From Patescibacteria group bacterium (GTDB lineage: Bacteria; Patescibacteriota; Microgenomatia; UBA12405): DNA of 34,173 nucleotides. The DNA is taken from assembly GCA_023380755.1 (NCBI GenBank), contig JAMCSD010000002.1, positions 88,022-122,194 on the forward strand. The letters are read 5' to 3'. Under the pieces are notes generated by a model, which was not told the DNA's origin, ran no database searches, and worked only from the letters and a program-made list of their open reading frames with translations. Positions 18,821-28,104 of the stretch are shown here, in pieces. Position numbers and translations under genes: made by a program. The first letter of the stretch is position 1; the number at the start of each line of letters is the position of its first letter.

Positions 18821-19398
18821 TTTTTCTTTTTAAAATCATAACGTCGGATGACTTTGGCTGGGTTGCCGACAGCTACAGAATAAGGCGGAATATCTTTAGT
18901 GACAACGGCATTGGCGCCAATTACGGAACCCCGGCCGATGGTGACATTTTTAAGAATTGAGCATTTAACACCCAAGAGGCAATTATCTTCAATATTTACA
19001 GACCCGTTTTCAGTTAGTGGTTGATCGAAGGGGGATTTATTAACATCATCGTTTCGGTGATCGTGATCACCGATGAAAACATAAGCCGACATAATAATAT
19101 TGTTGCCGATTGTGACGTTATTATTAGCGGTTATAAAAGTATTATTTCCGATATCAACATGGTTGCCGATTTTTAATCGAACCTTATTTTGACTTTGAGT
19201 TTTTTGGCCATTAAATTCGGTGCTGACTGTTATACGACAAAAAGAACCAATGTTGACATAATCACCAATGCTGATATATGGCTCATTATAACTATTTAAG
19301 AAGGGTTTAATAATAGAATGAGACCCGAATGATTTAAATTTGCGACTAACCAAAGCGGTATAAAATTTTCCTATGTAATAAAAAGCAGTGTAGTTCAT
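18799..19398 (-). CDS. Hexapeptide-repeat (left-handed beta-helix) sugar acyltransferase
   Basis: Repeats ISIGDY, LKIGNH, VDIGNN, VTIGNN, VTIGRG, SVIGAN. Also DHDH and VTKDIPPYSVAVGNPAKVI. Confidence 0.93.
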   Translation of the reverse strand: MNYTAFYYIGKFYTALVSRKFKSFGSHSIIKPFLNSYNEPYISIGDYVNIGSFCRITVSTEFNGQKTQSQNKVRLKIGNHVDIGNNTFITANNNVTIGNNIIMSAYVFIGDHDHRNDDVNKSPFDQPLTENGSVNIEDNCLLGVKCSILKNVTIGRGSVIGANAVVTKDIPPYSVAVGNPAKVIRRYDFKKKKWISCAG

Positions 19399-20411
19399 GA
19401 GCTAAAGGAATAGGAAATGCTTTGAGAGATAACCCGACGATAAATATTGTTTTTGTACCAATCAACTAGAGGTATTAAAAGGTTGGCGGGGATAAAGATA
19501 ACACCAAAAGATATGAGCCAAAAGTAGGGAGAGAACAAATTTTGCCACCGAAACCGAATTAAATAAATAATTTCGCGTATGACCCAGGAAAATTTACCAT
19601 AGTTTTTAATTTGAACTAAACCAATATAGTTACAGGCAATAAAATCTTTGATGAGAAGCTGATTTAACCGGTAATAAGTATTCTCGGGATAGACCGAATC
19701 GACCATTTGTTTCCAGCTAAGGATGGGTGATTTGCTATAGATCGAGGAAATTTTTCGGGTTTGACTAGAAGAGATTCTAACAGCAGTGTTATATTGATGA
19801 ACATAAATGATGGGATGTTTTTTGAAAATGGAGGCAAAAGGGTATATGTGACAGGGAAAAATGTCAGGGTGGAAAGGTGTATCCATAAATTGGCAGCGAA
19901 AGGCCAAACCGGATAACTGATCAAGGGAATCAAAAACGCGGATTATCTTATCGGACGGGGATTTGATGGAGACTTGTTCGTCGATTTCGGAATTAAGAAG
20001 TTTTTTGCGACGGACGGCTATATGAGAGTTTTTGTCAAACCAGTAATAGGGTCGAGTAATCGCCCCGACTTGAGGATATTTTTTAAACAAAGAAATATAA
20101 TATTTAATAGTTCCCGGTGAAAGAAGGTCATCTTGGCCCATGAGCAACAAAATTTCACCATGACAATATCGTCTTCCCCTTTCCAGATTGGCAGGATAAC
20201 CCACATTTTGAGAGTGGGAAATAATTTTTAGGTATGGTAATCTGAGTTTCGAAATAAATTTGAGAGTATTATCGGTCGAACAGTCATCGGAAACAATAAT
20301 TTCTAGATTAGGGTAATTTTGTTTGACAAGGCTATTAATTGTTTCTACGATTGAAGATTCGCCGTTGTAAGTAGGAATGAGGATGGAAAATTGAGGGTTT
20401 ATTGATGCCAT
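19395..20411 (-). CDS. Glycosyltransferase family 2
   Basis: FSILIPTYNG, VSDDCSTD, NVG, variant DXD motif MGQDD. Confidence 0.9.
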   Translation of the reverse strand: MASINPQFSILIPTYNGESSIVETINSLVKQNYPNLEIIVSDDCSTDNTLKFISKLRLPYLKIISHSQNVGYPANLERGRRYCHGEILLLMGQDDLLSPGTIKYYISLFKKYPQVGAITRPYYWFDKNSHIAVRRKKLLNSEIDEQVSIKSPSDKIIRVFDSLDQLSGLAFRCQFMDTPFHPDIFPCHIYPFASIFKKHPIIYVHQYNTAVRISSSQTRKISSIYSKSPILSWKQMVDSVYPENTYYRLNQLLIKDFIACNYIGLVQIKNYGKFSWVIREIIYLIRFRWQNLFSPYFWLISFGVIFIPANLLIPLVDWYKNNIYRRVISQSISYSFSS

Positions 20412-21412
20412 GTATTGCGACTAAGATTTGTACTTAGGCCTATTTTAATCTGAAACCAACTAAAAGCATAGACAAGGGTAGTCAGCAAACAGGCCAAAGG
20501 GTGAAAAAACCAGGCAGGATCAGGAAAGTGATAAAAACCTATTAAGCTATCTTTTAGCGGGAGTACGATTGATAATGAATAAAGGGCAAAACCAAATGTT
20601 TTATTTTGGTACGACGACCACTGATGATGGCGATACTGTTGAAAGGAATAAAAGTCACGAATCCGACGCTGTTGTTTTTTAATAAATTTTGAGATGGAAC
20701 TTTCACAAAAGCTATGAATAATGGTATTTTTGGTTTTAGCAAAATAGATAGGTTTTAAGCAACGGTTAATCATGTCGATATCAAATAAATATTGGTCTTT
20801 CCCCAGCATCCTTTTTAAGAAGCTGGTGCGGAAAATGGTTCCATTGGCACCAATGGTGGGGTGAGAAGCGTGCGGTTGAAGTTCAATTTTGAGAAAATCA
20901 GGATGGTCTATGGTTGGAAGGGTCAAGCCAGTCCATTTTAAAGAGAGTTGGCTAAAGCGATCGTAAATGCCACAGTAATAGGCATAAGGATCATTGGCGC
21001 CCAACAAAGATGAATAGCGTTCGATAAAGCCAGCCTGAGGTCGATATTCAAAAGATAACGGTTCGGCACCAATTAGCTTCTTATCACTTAAAAGCGGTGA
21101 AAGAGTTTTTTGAAGATAGTCCGAAGTCGGAAGAATATTATCAGAATCCAGTAGACAGACATAATCGCCAGCGGCAGCGCGCAAAGCAGCGGCCTTGCCG
21201 GCTTCTCCAGTTAGTAACTTATTTTTAATTAAACGGCAGTGAAAATCTGTCGCTAATTTGATCGTGTTGTCAGTTGAACCGGCATCGGCAATAATAATTT
21301 CCAGCTTATCAGACGGATAGTTTTGTGATTGAACGGAAGTTAGGCATTTTTTAAGTACTGATCCGGCATTCAGAGTGGGAATAAGAATGCTAATTCTGGG
21401 AAGAGTTGGCAT
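20399..21412 (-). CDS. Glycosyltransferase family 2 with C-terminal membrane segments
   Basis: ISILIPTLNA, ADAGSTD, LLDSDN, hydrophobic C-terminus. Confidence 0.9.
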   Translation of the reverse strand: MPTLPRISILIPTLNAGSVLKKCLTSVQSQNYPSDKLEIIIADAGSTDNTIKLATDFHCRLIKNKLLTGEAGKAAALRAAAGDYVCLLDSDNILPTSDYLQKTLSPLLSDKKLIGAEPLSFEYRPQAGFIERYSSLLGANDPYAYYCGIYDRFSQLSLKWTGLTLPTIDHPDFLKIELQPHASHPTIGANGTIFRTSFLKRMLGKDQYLFDIDMINRCLKPIYFAKTKNTIIHSFCESSISKFIKKQQRRIRDFYSFQQYRHHQWSSYQNKTFGFALYSLSIVLPLKDSLIGFYHFPDPAWFFHPLACLLTTLVYAFSWFQIKIGLSTNLSRNTWHQ

Positions 21413-22883
21413 TAAGGGGAAAATCTTTTAACTTTTCAATATATTTTATGCCATAAGTAGCCAGAAATTTGATGTCGTCAAGAGAACGGATAGAAAGTAA
21501 TTTGCGGGTCAGAAATTTAGGTGTGAGGATACCGTGGAATAACTCCTGAACTAAACGTAATTGTTCCGCAGCCGGAATCGGAGACTTCATTACCGGTTGT
21601 CGCATATCAAAATCATCCCAGTTGGTGGTGAGTAGCCAGTGGTTATCCTGACATTGTTTAAATAAAGGTGTCCCCGGGTAAGGGATGACAATGGTGGCTT
21701 GCATGGAATCAGCCAAACCTTCTTTAAAGAGCTGTTTGGCTTGATTGAGTGTTTCCAGAGCATCTGATTTGCTTTCCCATGGGTAGCCAATCATGATGGT
21801 AAGGTGTGGTTCAAGACCGGCTTTTTTGGCTATAGTTAAAGTTTTTTTAGCATCGTCCACCTTAGTTTTTTTATTGATAAGATTTAGAGTTTTTTGGTTA
21901 GAAGATTCCAGACCATAAAGAATAAATCGGAAATTAGCTTGCTTTAAAAGGTTATATTGAGCCTGGTTAAGACAGCCAAAACGCATATTACAACCAAAGG
22001 TAACTTTATGATTGTATCCCCGACTAATAATTTCATGGCACAAATCGTTCAACCATGGCCCAATGGGTAGAGTACCAGAGTCATCAAAAATTTCTTTGAC
22101 TCCTAAATTGATCAAATTTTCAATTTCTTTTAAAGTGTGAGCCACAGAAAAATTTCTGAACGTACCTTGCGGGTGAGTGGTGGTCCATGAACAAAAGGTA
22201 CATTGGCCCCACCAGCAATCGCGACCCGACATAAGATAAGCGCCGGGTTTGTATTTAAAATTGGTGTTGTCATAAGCGTAGAGCTGCCATTTGGTCAGCT
22301 GACGGTCAATTATCGGAAGACTATCAAGTTGGTGGTGTTTAAGAGCAAATTTACCGGTATTAAGTATTTTTCTTTTAAACCTAAAATAAATGCCTGGTTC
22401 CAGTGGAGTTTTTGAAGAAAAGTGATTGGCTAAATTAAGCATCATAAAGTCATAGTCACCACCGGTAATGACAAAATCTACCGGTGAGTGTTGAAGGGAT
22501 TCTTCGGGTAGAGCGGTGACGTGGTCCCCCATCAAAACGGTAATCGGATGCCATTGTTTGGTTTTAGCTTTTTTAATTTGGGAAATAATTTGCCAATGTT
22601 GTTTGATAGCAGGTGTTTTAGTCTCCAAAAAAATAATATCTGGTTGTGTTTCGACCAACCGTTGGAACCATTGGGTATAGGAAATTTTTTCAGCGATAGC
22701 GTCATCCCAAAAAACTTCAAAACCGGCTTTTTTTAATGCAGTAGCTCCATAGGCAGGAATAACCGGATAAATTACATTACCAGTATTAGTCCATTGGAAT
22801 TGACGGTTTTGAGATAAAAAGGCGGTACCTTTTGGGCTCTGGAGCGGCGGATAAGAGATGGAAATCTTAATTTTGTTAGCCAT
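21390..22883 (-). CDS. Cobalamin-binding radical SAM protein, HpnJ-like, with CX4CX2C motif
   Basis: YPVIPAYGA, DAIAE, ETKTP, GDHVTALPEE, GGDYD in place of GEGE, SGRDCWWGQCTFCSW, FDDSGT, YGLES, PYPGTPLF. Confidence 0.9.
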   Translation of the reverse strand: MANKIKISISYPPLQSPKGTAFLSQNRQFQWTNTGNVIYPVIPAYGATALKKAGFEVFWDDAIAEKISYTQWFQRLVETQPDIIFLETKTPAIKQHWQIISQIKKAKTKQWHPITVLMGDHVTALPEESLQHSPVDFVITGGDYDFMMLNLANHFSSKTPLEPGIYFRFKRKILNTGKFALKHHQLDSLPIIDRQLTKWQLYAYDNTNFKYKPGAYLMSGRDCWWGQCTFCSWTTTHPQGTFRNFSVAHTLKEIENLINLGVKEIFDDSGTLPIGPWLNDLCHEIISRGYNHKVTFGCNMRFGCLNQAQYNLLKQANFRFILYGLESSNQKTLNLINKKTKVDDAKKTLTIAKKAGLEPHLTIMIGYPWESKSDALETLNQAKQLFKEGLADSMQATIVIPYPGTPLFKQCQDNHWLLTTNWDDFDMRQPVMKSPIPAAEQLRLVQELFHGILTPKFLTRKLLSIRSLDDIKFLATYGIKYIEKLKDFPLNANSSQN

Positions 22884-22889
22884 AAGGTA

Positions 22890-23858
22890 TTATCCACCAA
22901 TATAGGAATTTTTTTCTGGGTTTATTTGGTGGGCAGAAAATATTGGTTTGGAGGAAAAAAAACCATAAATAAACCAACAACCATAGTAAAAATGAGAAAC
23001 CGGAATGGAAGCCGCAGCCAGGAAAGAAGCGAAAGGATGGTTTTTGGAAACCAGGAATTTAGTTAAAGTAAGAAATAATAGTAATACATAAATGATTAGT
23101 GGAATAAGAGTCACCTTTTGCCTAAAGAGAAAAGGGAGGAGAATTAAGTAGAGAGAGAATATTGAAGGCAGGAAATAACCAATCTTAAATGAATTTTCCG
23201 GATATTTTTTAGCAAAAAAGCCGCGATGAACGGCATATCTTTTTAGCTGTTTAAGGTGGGGTAAAAAGACAGATCGACGATGATGAAAAACGATAATACT
23301 TGGATGATAAAAAATTTTTTGATGAAATTCGTGAATGAGATTACGGCAAAGTAAAGTATCTTCACCTGGCCAGTGATTGATAGGAAAACCCCCAATTTTA
23401 TTAAAGTCTTTTTTTTTGACCATCAGGTTGACACTCGGATAGTCGTCGACGAAACGTGCGGATTGGGGTTGGTTGCGATAAGTTCCCGCTCCCCCGCTAC
23501 CTAAGAAACTACCCCAAAACAGGCCTGAGGCTTTTTGAGCTAAGGAATCATTTTCCGGGGTAAGGCAAGGACCGCAAACGGAGATTAGATTGGGATTAGA
23601 TGAAAACTGTTGAAACGCATTTAAAAGCCAGTTCTTATCAGGGAAAGAGTCGTCGTCAAGGAAGGCTAAAATGTTTCCCCGAGCTTTAGCAGCACCCAGG
23701 TTGCGTTTAACTGAAGGATTGGGAGTTTGGGAATCTTTGTCGGTAATTACGATGACTTCATAATGGCGATAAGTCTGTTGTTTTAGATGATATAAAGTCT
23801 CCTGAAGATATTTAGTACGAACCCTGACTGGGATGATGACAGAAAAAAAAATTTTCAT
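22890..23858 (-). CDS. Glycosyltransferase family 2 with C-terminal TM helices
   Basis: FSVIIP, KRNLGA, LAFLDDD, IGGF, GEDT, 2-3 C-terminal TMs. Confidence 0.9.
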   Translation of the reverse strand: MKIFFSVIIPVRVRTKYLQETLYHLKQQTYRHYEVIVITDKDSQTPNPSVKRNLGAAKARGNILAFLDDDSFPDKNWLLNAFQQFSSNPNLISVCGPCLTPENDSLAQKASGLFWGSFLGSGGAGTYRNQPQSARFVDDYPSVNLMVKKKDFNKIGGFPINHWPGEDTLLCRNLIHEFHQKIFYHPSIIVFHHRRSVFLPHLKQLKRYAVHRGFFAKKYPENSFKIGYFLPSIFSLYLILLPFLFRQKVTLIPLIIYVLLLFLTLTKFLVSKNHPFASFLAAASIPVSHFYYGCWFIYGFFSSKPIFSAHQINPEKNSYIGG

Positions 23859-24658
23859 AGACCAGTGTTAATCCGCATGGATAATTCTTTGTCAAAAATC
23901 CACTGTCGTTGGTTGTGGTTATCATAATAATGGAGAATCTTTAAACGATAAAAAACGGCGAGAGCATCGATTAAGCAAGTGATAACTGTTTTCATCCCCG
24001 TCGCATGAGTTAAGCTTTTAAAGTTATAGCTAAGCTTAATAGGCGCTTCATATATACGGAAAAATCCTAAGTAATTTGCGACAGATAAAATTTCGAGATC
24101 AAAAGCATAATTTTTTACCATTAATCGGGGCAATACTTTTTCTAACACCTGTCGTTTAAAAATCTTTAAACCTGCCTGAGTATCGCTAACCTTAATATTT
24201 AGTAAAATACGAGCGATTATGCGTGCCCCAAGGCTTATTATTTTCCGGTCAGTAGGATATTGGACGCGCGAAGCCGGATGTAGTTTTGAGGCAACAACGA
24301 TATCAGCTTCATACCATTCCAAGTGTTCAATAACCATAGAAATGCCATTAGGATCAATCTCCATACCCGCATCAATGAAAGCAATGTAATCACCTTTGGT
24401 GCGGGCCATGCCATAGCGGACGGCGAAACCTTTGCCATGGTTATGCGGATAGCCATATAGTTTTAATTTAGGCAGGTGTGACCTTTTGAGTTCTTGGTAT
24501 GAGTGGTCTATCAAGGTGCCGTCAACAACGGCGATGAGCTCATAATCGTAACGGATCTGATCAAGAGTAGATAATATGCCCTTTATGTCAGTTAAAATTG
24601 TCTGTTCTTGTTTATAAATAGGAACAATGACAGATAAAAAGTGATCGGAGTTTTTCAT
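23855..24658 (-). CDS. Polyprenyl-phosphate glycosyltransferase-like GT2 (DPM1/GtrB/ArnC-like)
   Basis: LSVIVPIY, VVDG, NHGKGFAVRYG, FIDAG, SDTQAGLK, YAFDLEIL. Start moved from 24709 to the ATG at 24658, which forms an ATGA overlap with the upstream stop. Confidence 0.85.
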   Translation of the reverse strand: MKNSDHFLSVIVPIYKQEQTILTDIKGILSTLDQIRYDYELIAVVDGTLIDHSYQELKRSHLPKLKLYGYPHNHGKGFAVRYGMARTKGDYIAFIDAGMEIDPNGISMVIEHLEWYEADIVVASKLHPASRVQYPTDRKIISLGARIIARILLNIKVSDTQAGLKIFKRQVLEKVLPRLMVKNYAFDLEILSVANYLGFFRIYEAPIKLSYNFKSLTHATGMKTVITCLIDALAVFYRLKILHYYDNHNQRQWIFDKELSMRINTGL

Positions 24659-25728
24659 GAAAGGATCGATTGATAGACCTGTAATGTTTGTTCGGCGGTT
24701 TTTTGCCAAGAGAATTGTCGACTTCTAGTAATTCCTAGATGGCGATATTTCTCTTGAAGACGAGCATCAGAATAAAGAGAAGTTAAAGCCTTTTTTAGGG
24801 TAAAAGGATTATGTGGATTAAAAGAAAGGCCAGCATTACCGGCAATTTCCTCCAAAGAAGTATTCTGACTGTATATAGTCGGGCAACCTGATTGCATGGC
24901 CTCCAGAAGTCCTAGTCCGAAACCTTCGGCATAAGAAGGGTGACAATAAACCGTAGCTAAATTATAAATAACACTCAGATCTTCGTTGGGGACAAATCCG
25001 AGGCAAAACAGTTGACTAAAAGTCTGTTTTTGAAGCCAAAGAAGATCCTGGGTCCAGGGATGATCAACCACATGTTTTTGAGTGGCCGAGGAACCAACAA
25101 TCACTAATGGATAGTTAAGATCACGACAAGTGTTAACCAGGGTGGGAATATTTTTATTCCAATTGATATCGCCAACATAAAGCACAAATTTTTGAGGGAG
25201 AGAGTATTTTTTAACTGTTTGGGAAAGTAGTTTCTGATTATTGATGGGCTGAAAAATAGAATCAGCAGCTAAATAAATAGGAATTATCTTATCTGGGGCA
25301 ACGCCGGTCAGAGTGGAAATGGAATACTTAGAGGTTAAGGAATCGGTAATGAGGCGATCGATGTGTTGTAAACGTTGTTTTTGGAGAAGCCATTTAACTT
25401 CGCCCTTAAACCCCACGGGAAAATGAGATTTAAATTGTCGAGGGATTATATCATGTACGGTTACAACGAGTGGAGTTCGGTGACGCTGCGGCAGGGTTAA
25501 TTCGAAGGGGTCAAAATAAGGATAATGGATTAAATCGTACTTATTAATTTCAGTGTTAGCCGTCGAAACTAAATCAATATGCCAATGGTGGTATTGAGTG
25601 CTGGTTTGGCAATACTTAATTAAAGAATCAGTTAGTCTCGAAGTATAAAAGCCGACGCCGCGGAATTGATTACCATTTTGGGTAGGACTGATATCGATGG
25701 CAATGTTAGGTGTGATGGTGGTATTCAT
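24655..25728 (-). CDS. Glycosyltransferase family 4 (MtfB/WbaZ-like, putative mannosyltransferase group)
   Basis: IAID, RGVGFY, VTVHDIIP, LYVGD...KN, PSYAEGFGLGLLEAMQSG, FSWQKTA. Start probably the ATG at 25728, with 25746 as the alternative. Confidence 0.9.
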   Translation of the reverse strand: MNTTITPNIAIDISPTQNGNQFRGVGFYTSRLTDSLIKYCQTSTQYHHWHIDLVSTANTEINKYDLIHYPYFDPFELTLPQRHRTPLVVTVHDIIPRQFKSHFPVGFKGEVKWLLQKQRLQHIDRLITDSLTSKYSISTLTGVAPDKIIPIYLAADSIFQPINNQKLLSQTVKKYSLPQKFVLYVGDINWNKNIPTLVNTCRDLNYPLVIVGSSATQKHVVDHPWTQDLLWLQKQTFSQLFCLGFVPNEDLSVIYNLATVYCHPSYAEGFGLGLLEAMQSGCPTIYSQNTSLEEIAGNAGLSFNPHNPFTLKKALTSLYSDARLQEKYRHLGITRSRQFSWQKTAEQTLQVYQSILS

Positions 25729-26494
25729 ATAGTTTGGCGTAGGCAATGGGAAATCTTAGAGCCGAGAAAAAAGAAAAGGCGAAACCGGGGAATCCGTCAA
25801 CGTAGCCGCGATGACGAATATATGTTTTTAAAAACCAACAAACAGGCTTAAAAAAGAAGTAAGTGATAAAATTTACAAAATTTAATTGAAGGCGAACGTG
25901 ATCTAACTCTTTGGCGATTATAGTGGTATAGCGATTGTGACGATCAAGATAGCGGTTAAAAGATGAATCAGCATAGTGAAGCAGATCGTGTTGGAGAGTG
26001 GCGGTTTGGCCATCTACTTTAGCTTGTTCATGAACGGAAAGGCAAGGCAGGTGTCCGTGACCTCGTTTATAAAAACGTAATGTTAAGTCGGGGTATTGGC
26101 CGCCTTTTTTAAGGAATTTGCCTAAAAAATAATTACGACGTTTAATCCAAAAACCATTTTCTGGAATAGTATTGATATCTTTAGAAAGAATATGGGAAAT
26201 TTCATTTTTTAATTCCGGACTGACGACCTCATCAGCATCGAGCTGGAGAATCCAATCACTTTTACAATTGTCAATTGCCAGTTGTTTATTAATATGAAAC
26301 ATGGGTTTATTGTCGGTAGAGATAATTTTCGTATGAGGAAATTTCTTGGCGATAGTAACTGTCTGGTCTGAAGACGAACCGTCGACTAAGACGATTTCGG
26401 TGGCTAGACCGGAAACGGACTCGAGGCAGCGGGAAATAAAACTTTCCTCATTATAAGTAGCTATAGCGATAGAAAGAGTGGTTATAGATTTCAT
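25706..26494 (-). CDS. Glycosyltransferase family 2 (WaaE/LgtF-like beta-glycosyltransferase)
   Basis: YNEE, VDGSSSDQT, WILQLDADE, YPD, VHE, LLHY, GYVDGFPG. Confidence 0.9.
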   Translation of the reverse strand: MKSITTLSIAIATYNEESFISRCLESVSGLATEIVLVDGSSSDQTVTIAKKFPHTKIISTDNKPMFHINKQLAIDNCKSDWILQLDADEVVSPELKNEISHILSKDINTIPENGFWIKRRNYFLGKFLKKGGQYPDLTLRFYKRGHGHLPCLSVHEQAKVDGQTATLQHDLLHYADSSFNRYLDRHNRYTTIIAKELDHVRLQLNFVNFITYFFFKPVCWFLKTYIRHRGYVDGFPGFAFSFFSALRFPIAYAKLYEYHHHT

Positions 26495-28104
26495 TTCTTA
26501 TATATTTTAAACGCTGGTTCGCCATTTGAGAAATTTATCACTTTGATCGGGCCTAAAGGAACATTTTCGGTGGAAGCGATAACAAGAGAGTTGGAAGGTA
26601 TTTTACCCCAATCTATACTTGTAAAATGAATATTGTCAATTTGACGGACGGTAGAAAAACCAAATTTATCTGGTGGGCTTAGCTTAATTTGCGGCTGAAG
26701 GTTTTGGGGCGGGTAGTGAGAATAAAAAAGATAAAGAATATAAGGTTGATCATATTTATCGGTAAAATAAATATTAGCATATTCCCTGGAATTAGATGTA
26801 ACGTAGGGAATAATCTGATCAAAAGATTGGCTCCAGGAATTAGGATAACGTTTAAGATAATGAAGGTAATAACTGTCCAGATAAAAAAAGATATTAAAAG
26901 CATAAAGAAGTATAAACAGGAGCATAATGGAAGACTTAGAGGGAATAGTCCGAGAATTTAGAAGCTGATGTAAGCCAATAGCAATAAATATGGAGAGGGA
27001 AATACTTAAGGGTAGGGCCCGGAGAGCTGAGGGAGCCTGAAAGGTAAAAGAGGAGGCTAGGGGGGTAATAAGAGTCCAAAAAACTAAAAAACGCTTAAAA
27101 ATAGGCGAATAGTTGTGGCGGAAGGCTAAAAATAATCCAAGGAGAAGAAATGGTAGTTCGACAAGGTATAACTGCCCCATTTCCGGTACCTTGGAACGAG
27201 GGACATCATCGCCATTAATGAATAAGAAGGAACCACTAAAGTGAGAGGTGTACTTTTCTGCCCACGAAATTGCATAAAGAACTACTTTGTTGTGGATTAC
27301 CCTGTAAAGAAGTGAAGGAGAATGCTGGCCAAGAAGTTCGTTAGCTCGCCAATAAGGCCCAGAATCAGCTAAAAGGCCAACCCCACTGAAACGGGCAGAA
27401 CCACCACTATGAACAAAAGAAATCAGTACCGGTAATGTAATTAAAAAGGCAAAAATTAGAGGAAAAACAAACTGTTTTGAACGATGAATAAGAGTCTTAA
27501 AATTGGAGAGAAAGAAAAAGATACCTAAAACTGGCGCAATGATACGTGCTGAATGATATATGTAAAGAGAGAGAACAAAAGCAATAAAAAATAAGACTAG
27601 ATGAAGGCTAACGGCTGTTTTTAAGTATTTATAGAAGAAATATGTTCCTAAAAGGATAAAGGTTAAGGCTGCTGAAGATTCCCAGGCACCGCGGGAGAAA
27701 TGGATATGCCAGGGGTTAATAGATAAAACAAAAGCACTTAGTAAGGCCAAATCCGAAGAAGAAGAGATTAATTTTACTAATAAATAAATTAAAATGACAG
27801 CACTGGTTGAAAGAAAAAGATTAGGAAGACGGACAGCCAGAGTGTTTAAGCCTAAAAGTTTGATAAAAGGAATAGCTAAATAAAAATAGCCGCCGGGTTT
27901 AAAATCACCAAAAGATTGGAAATGAAGCGGCCAAGAAGCTCCGTGTTCATCTTTGCCGGTTTGAATCAGGGAATAGGCATTGTAAGCAATAGCAGCTTCA
28001 TCCGGATTGATAGGAGGGTAACTATCAAGGCGATAGGATCGTAAAACAAAAGCCAGGACCAAAATAAGGAGTAAAAGAAATTTTTTATTTCGTAAAATAA
28101 GCAT
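26491..28104 (-). CDS. GT-C membrane glycosyltransferase (PMT_2/ArnT-like), paralog 5
   Basis: PPINPDEAAIAYNAYSLIQTGKDEHG, SFGDFKP, VRLP, NPWHIHFSRGAWE. Over 10 TMs plus a soluble C-terminal domain. Confidence 0.9.
   Translation of the reverse strand: MLILRNKKFLLLLILVLAFVLRSYRLDSYPPINPDEAAIAYNAYSLIQTGKDEHGASWPLHFQSFGDFKPGGYFYLAIPFIKLLGLNTLAVRLPNLFLSTSAVILIYLLVKLISSSSDLALLSAFVLSINPWHIHFSRGAWESSAALTFILLGTYFFYKYLKTAVSLHLVLFFIAFVLSLYIYHSARIIAPVLGIFFFLSNFKTLIHRSKQFVFPLIFAFLITLPVLISFVHSGGSARFSGVGLLADSGPYWRANELLGQHSPSLLYRVIHNKVVLYAISWAEKYTSHFSGSFLFINGDDVPRSKVPEMGQLYLVELPFLLLGLFLAFRHNYSPIFKRFLVFWTLITPLASSFTFQAPSALRALPLSISLSIFIAIGLHQLLNSRTIPSKSSIMLLFILLYAFNIFFYLDSYYLHYLKRYPNSWSQSFDQIIPYVTSNSREYANIYFTDKYDQPYILYLFYSHYPPQNLQPQIKLSPPDKFGFSTVRQIDNIHFTSIDWGKIPSNSLVIASTENVPLGPIKVINFSNGEPAFKIYKK

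Noticed and set aside
23843-23851. 9-nt homopolymer near the 5' end of a GT2 (also T9 at 13730-13738) as slipped-strand phase-variation sites
   Set aside because: A/T runs of 8-9 nt are expected by chance in this AT-rich sequence and both genes are in frame. Read-level length variation would be needed.
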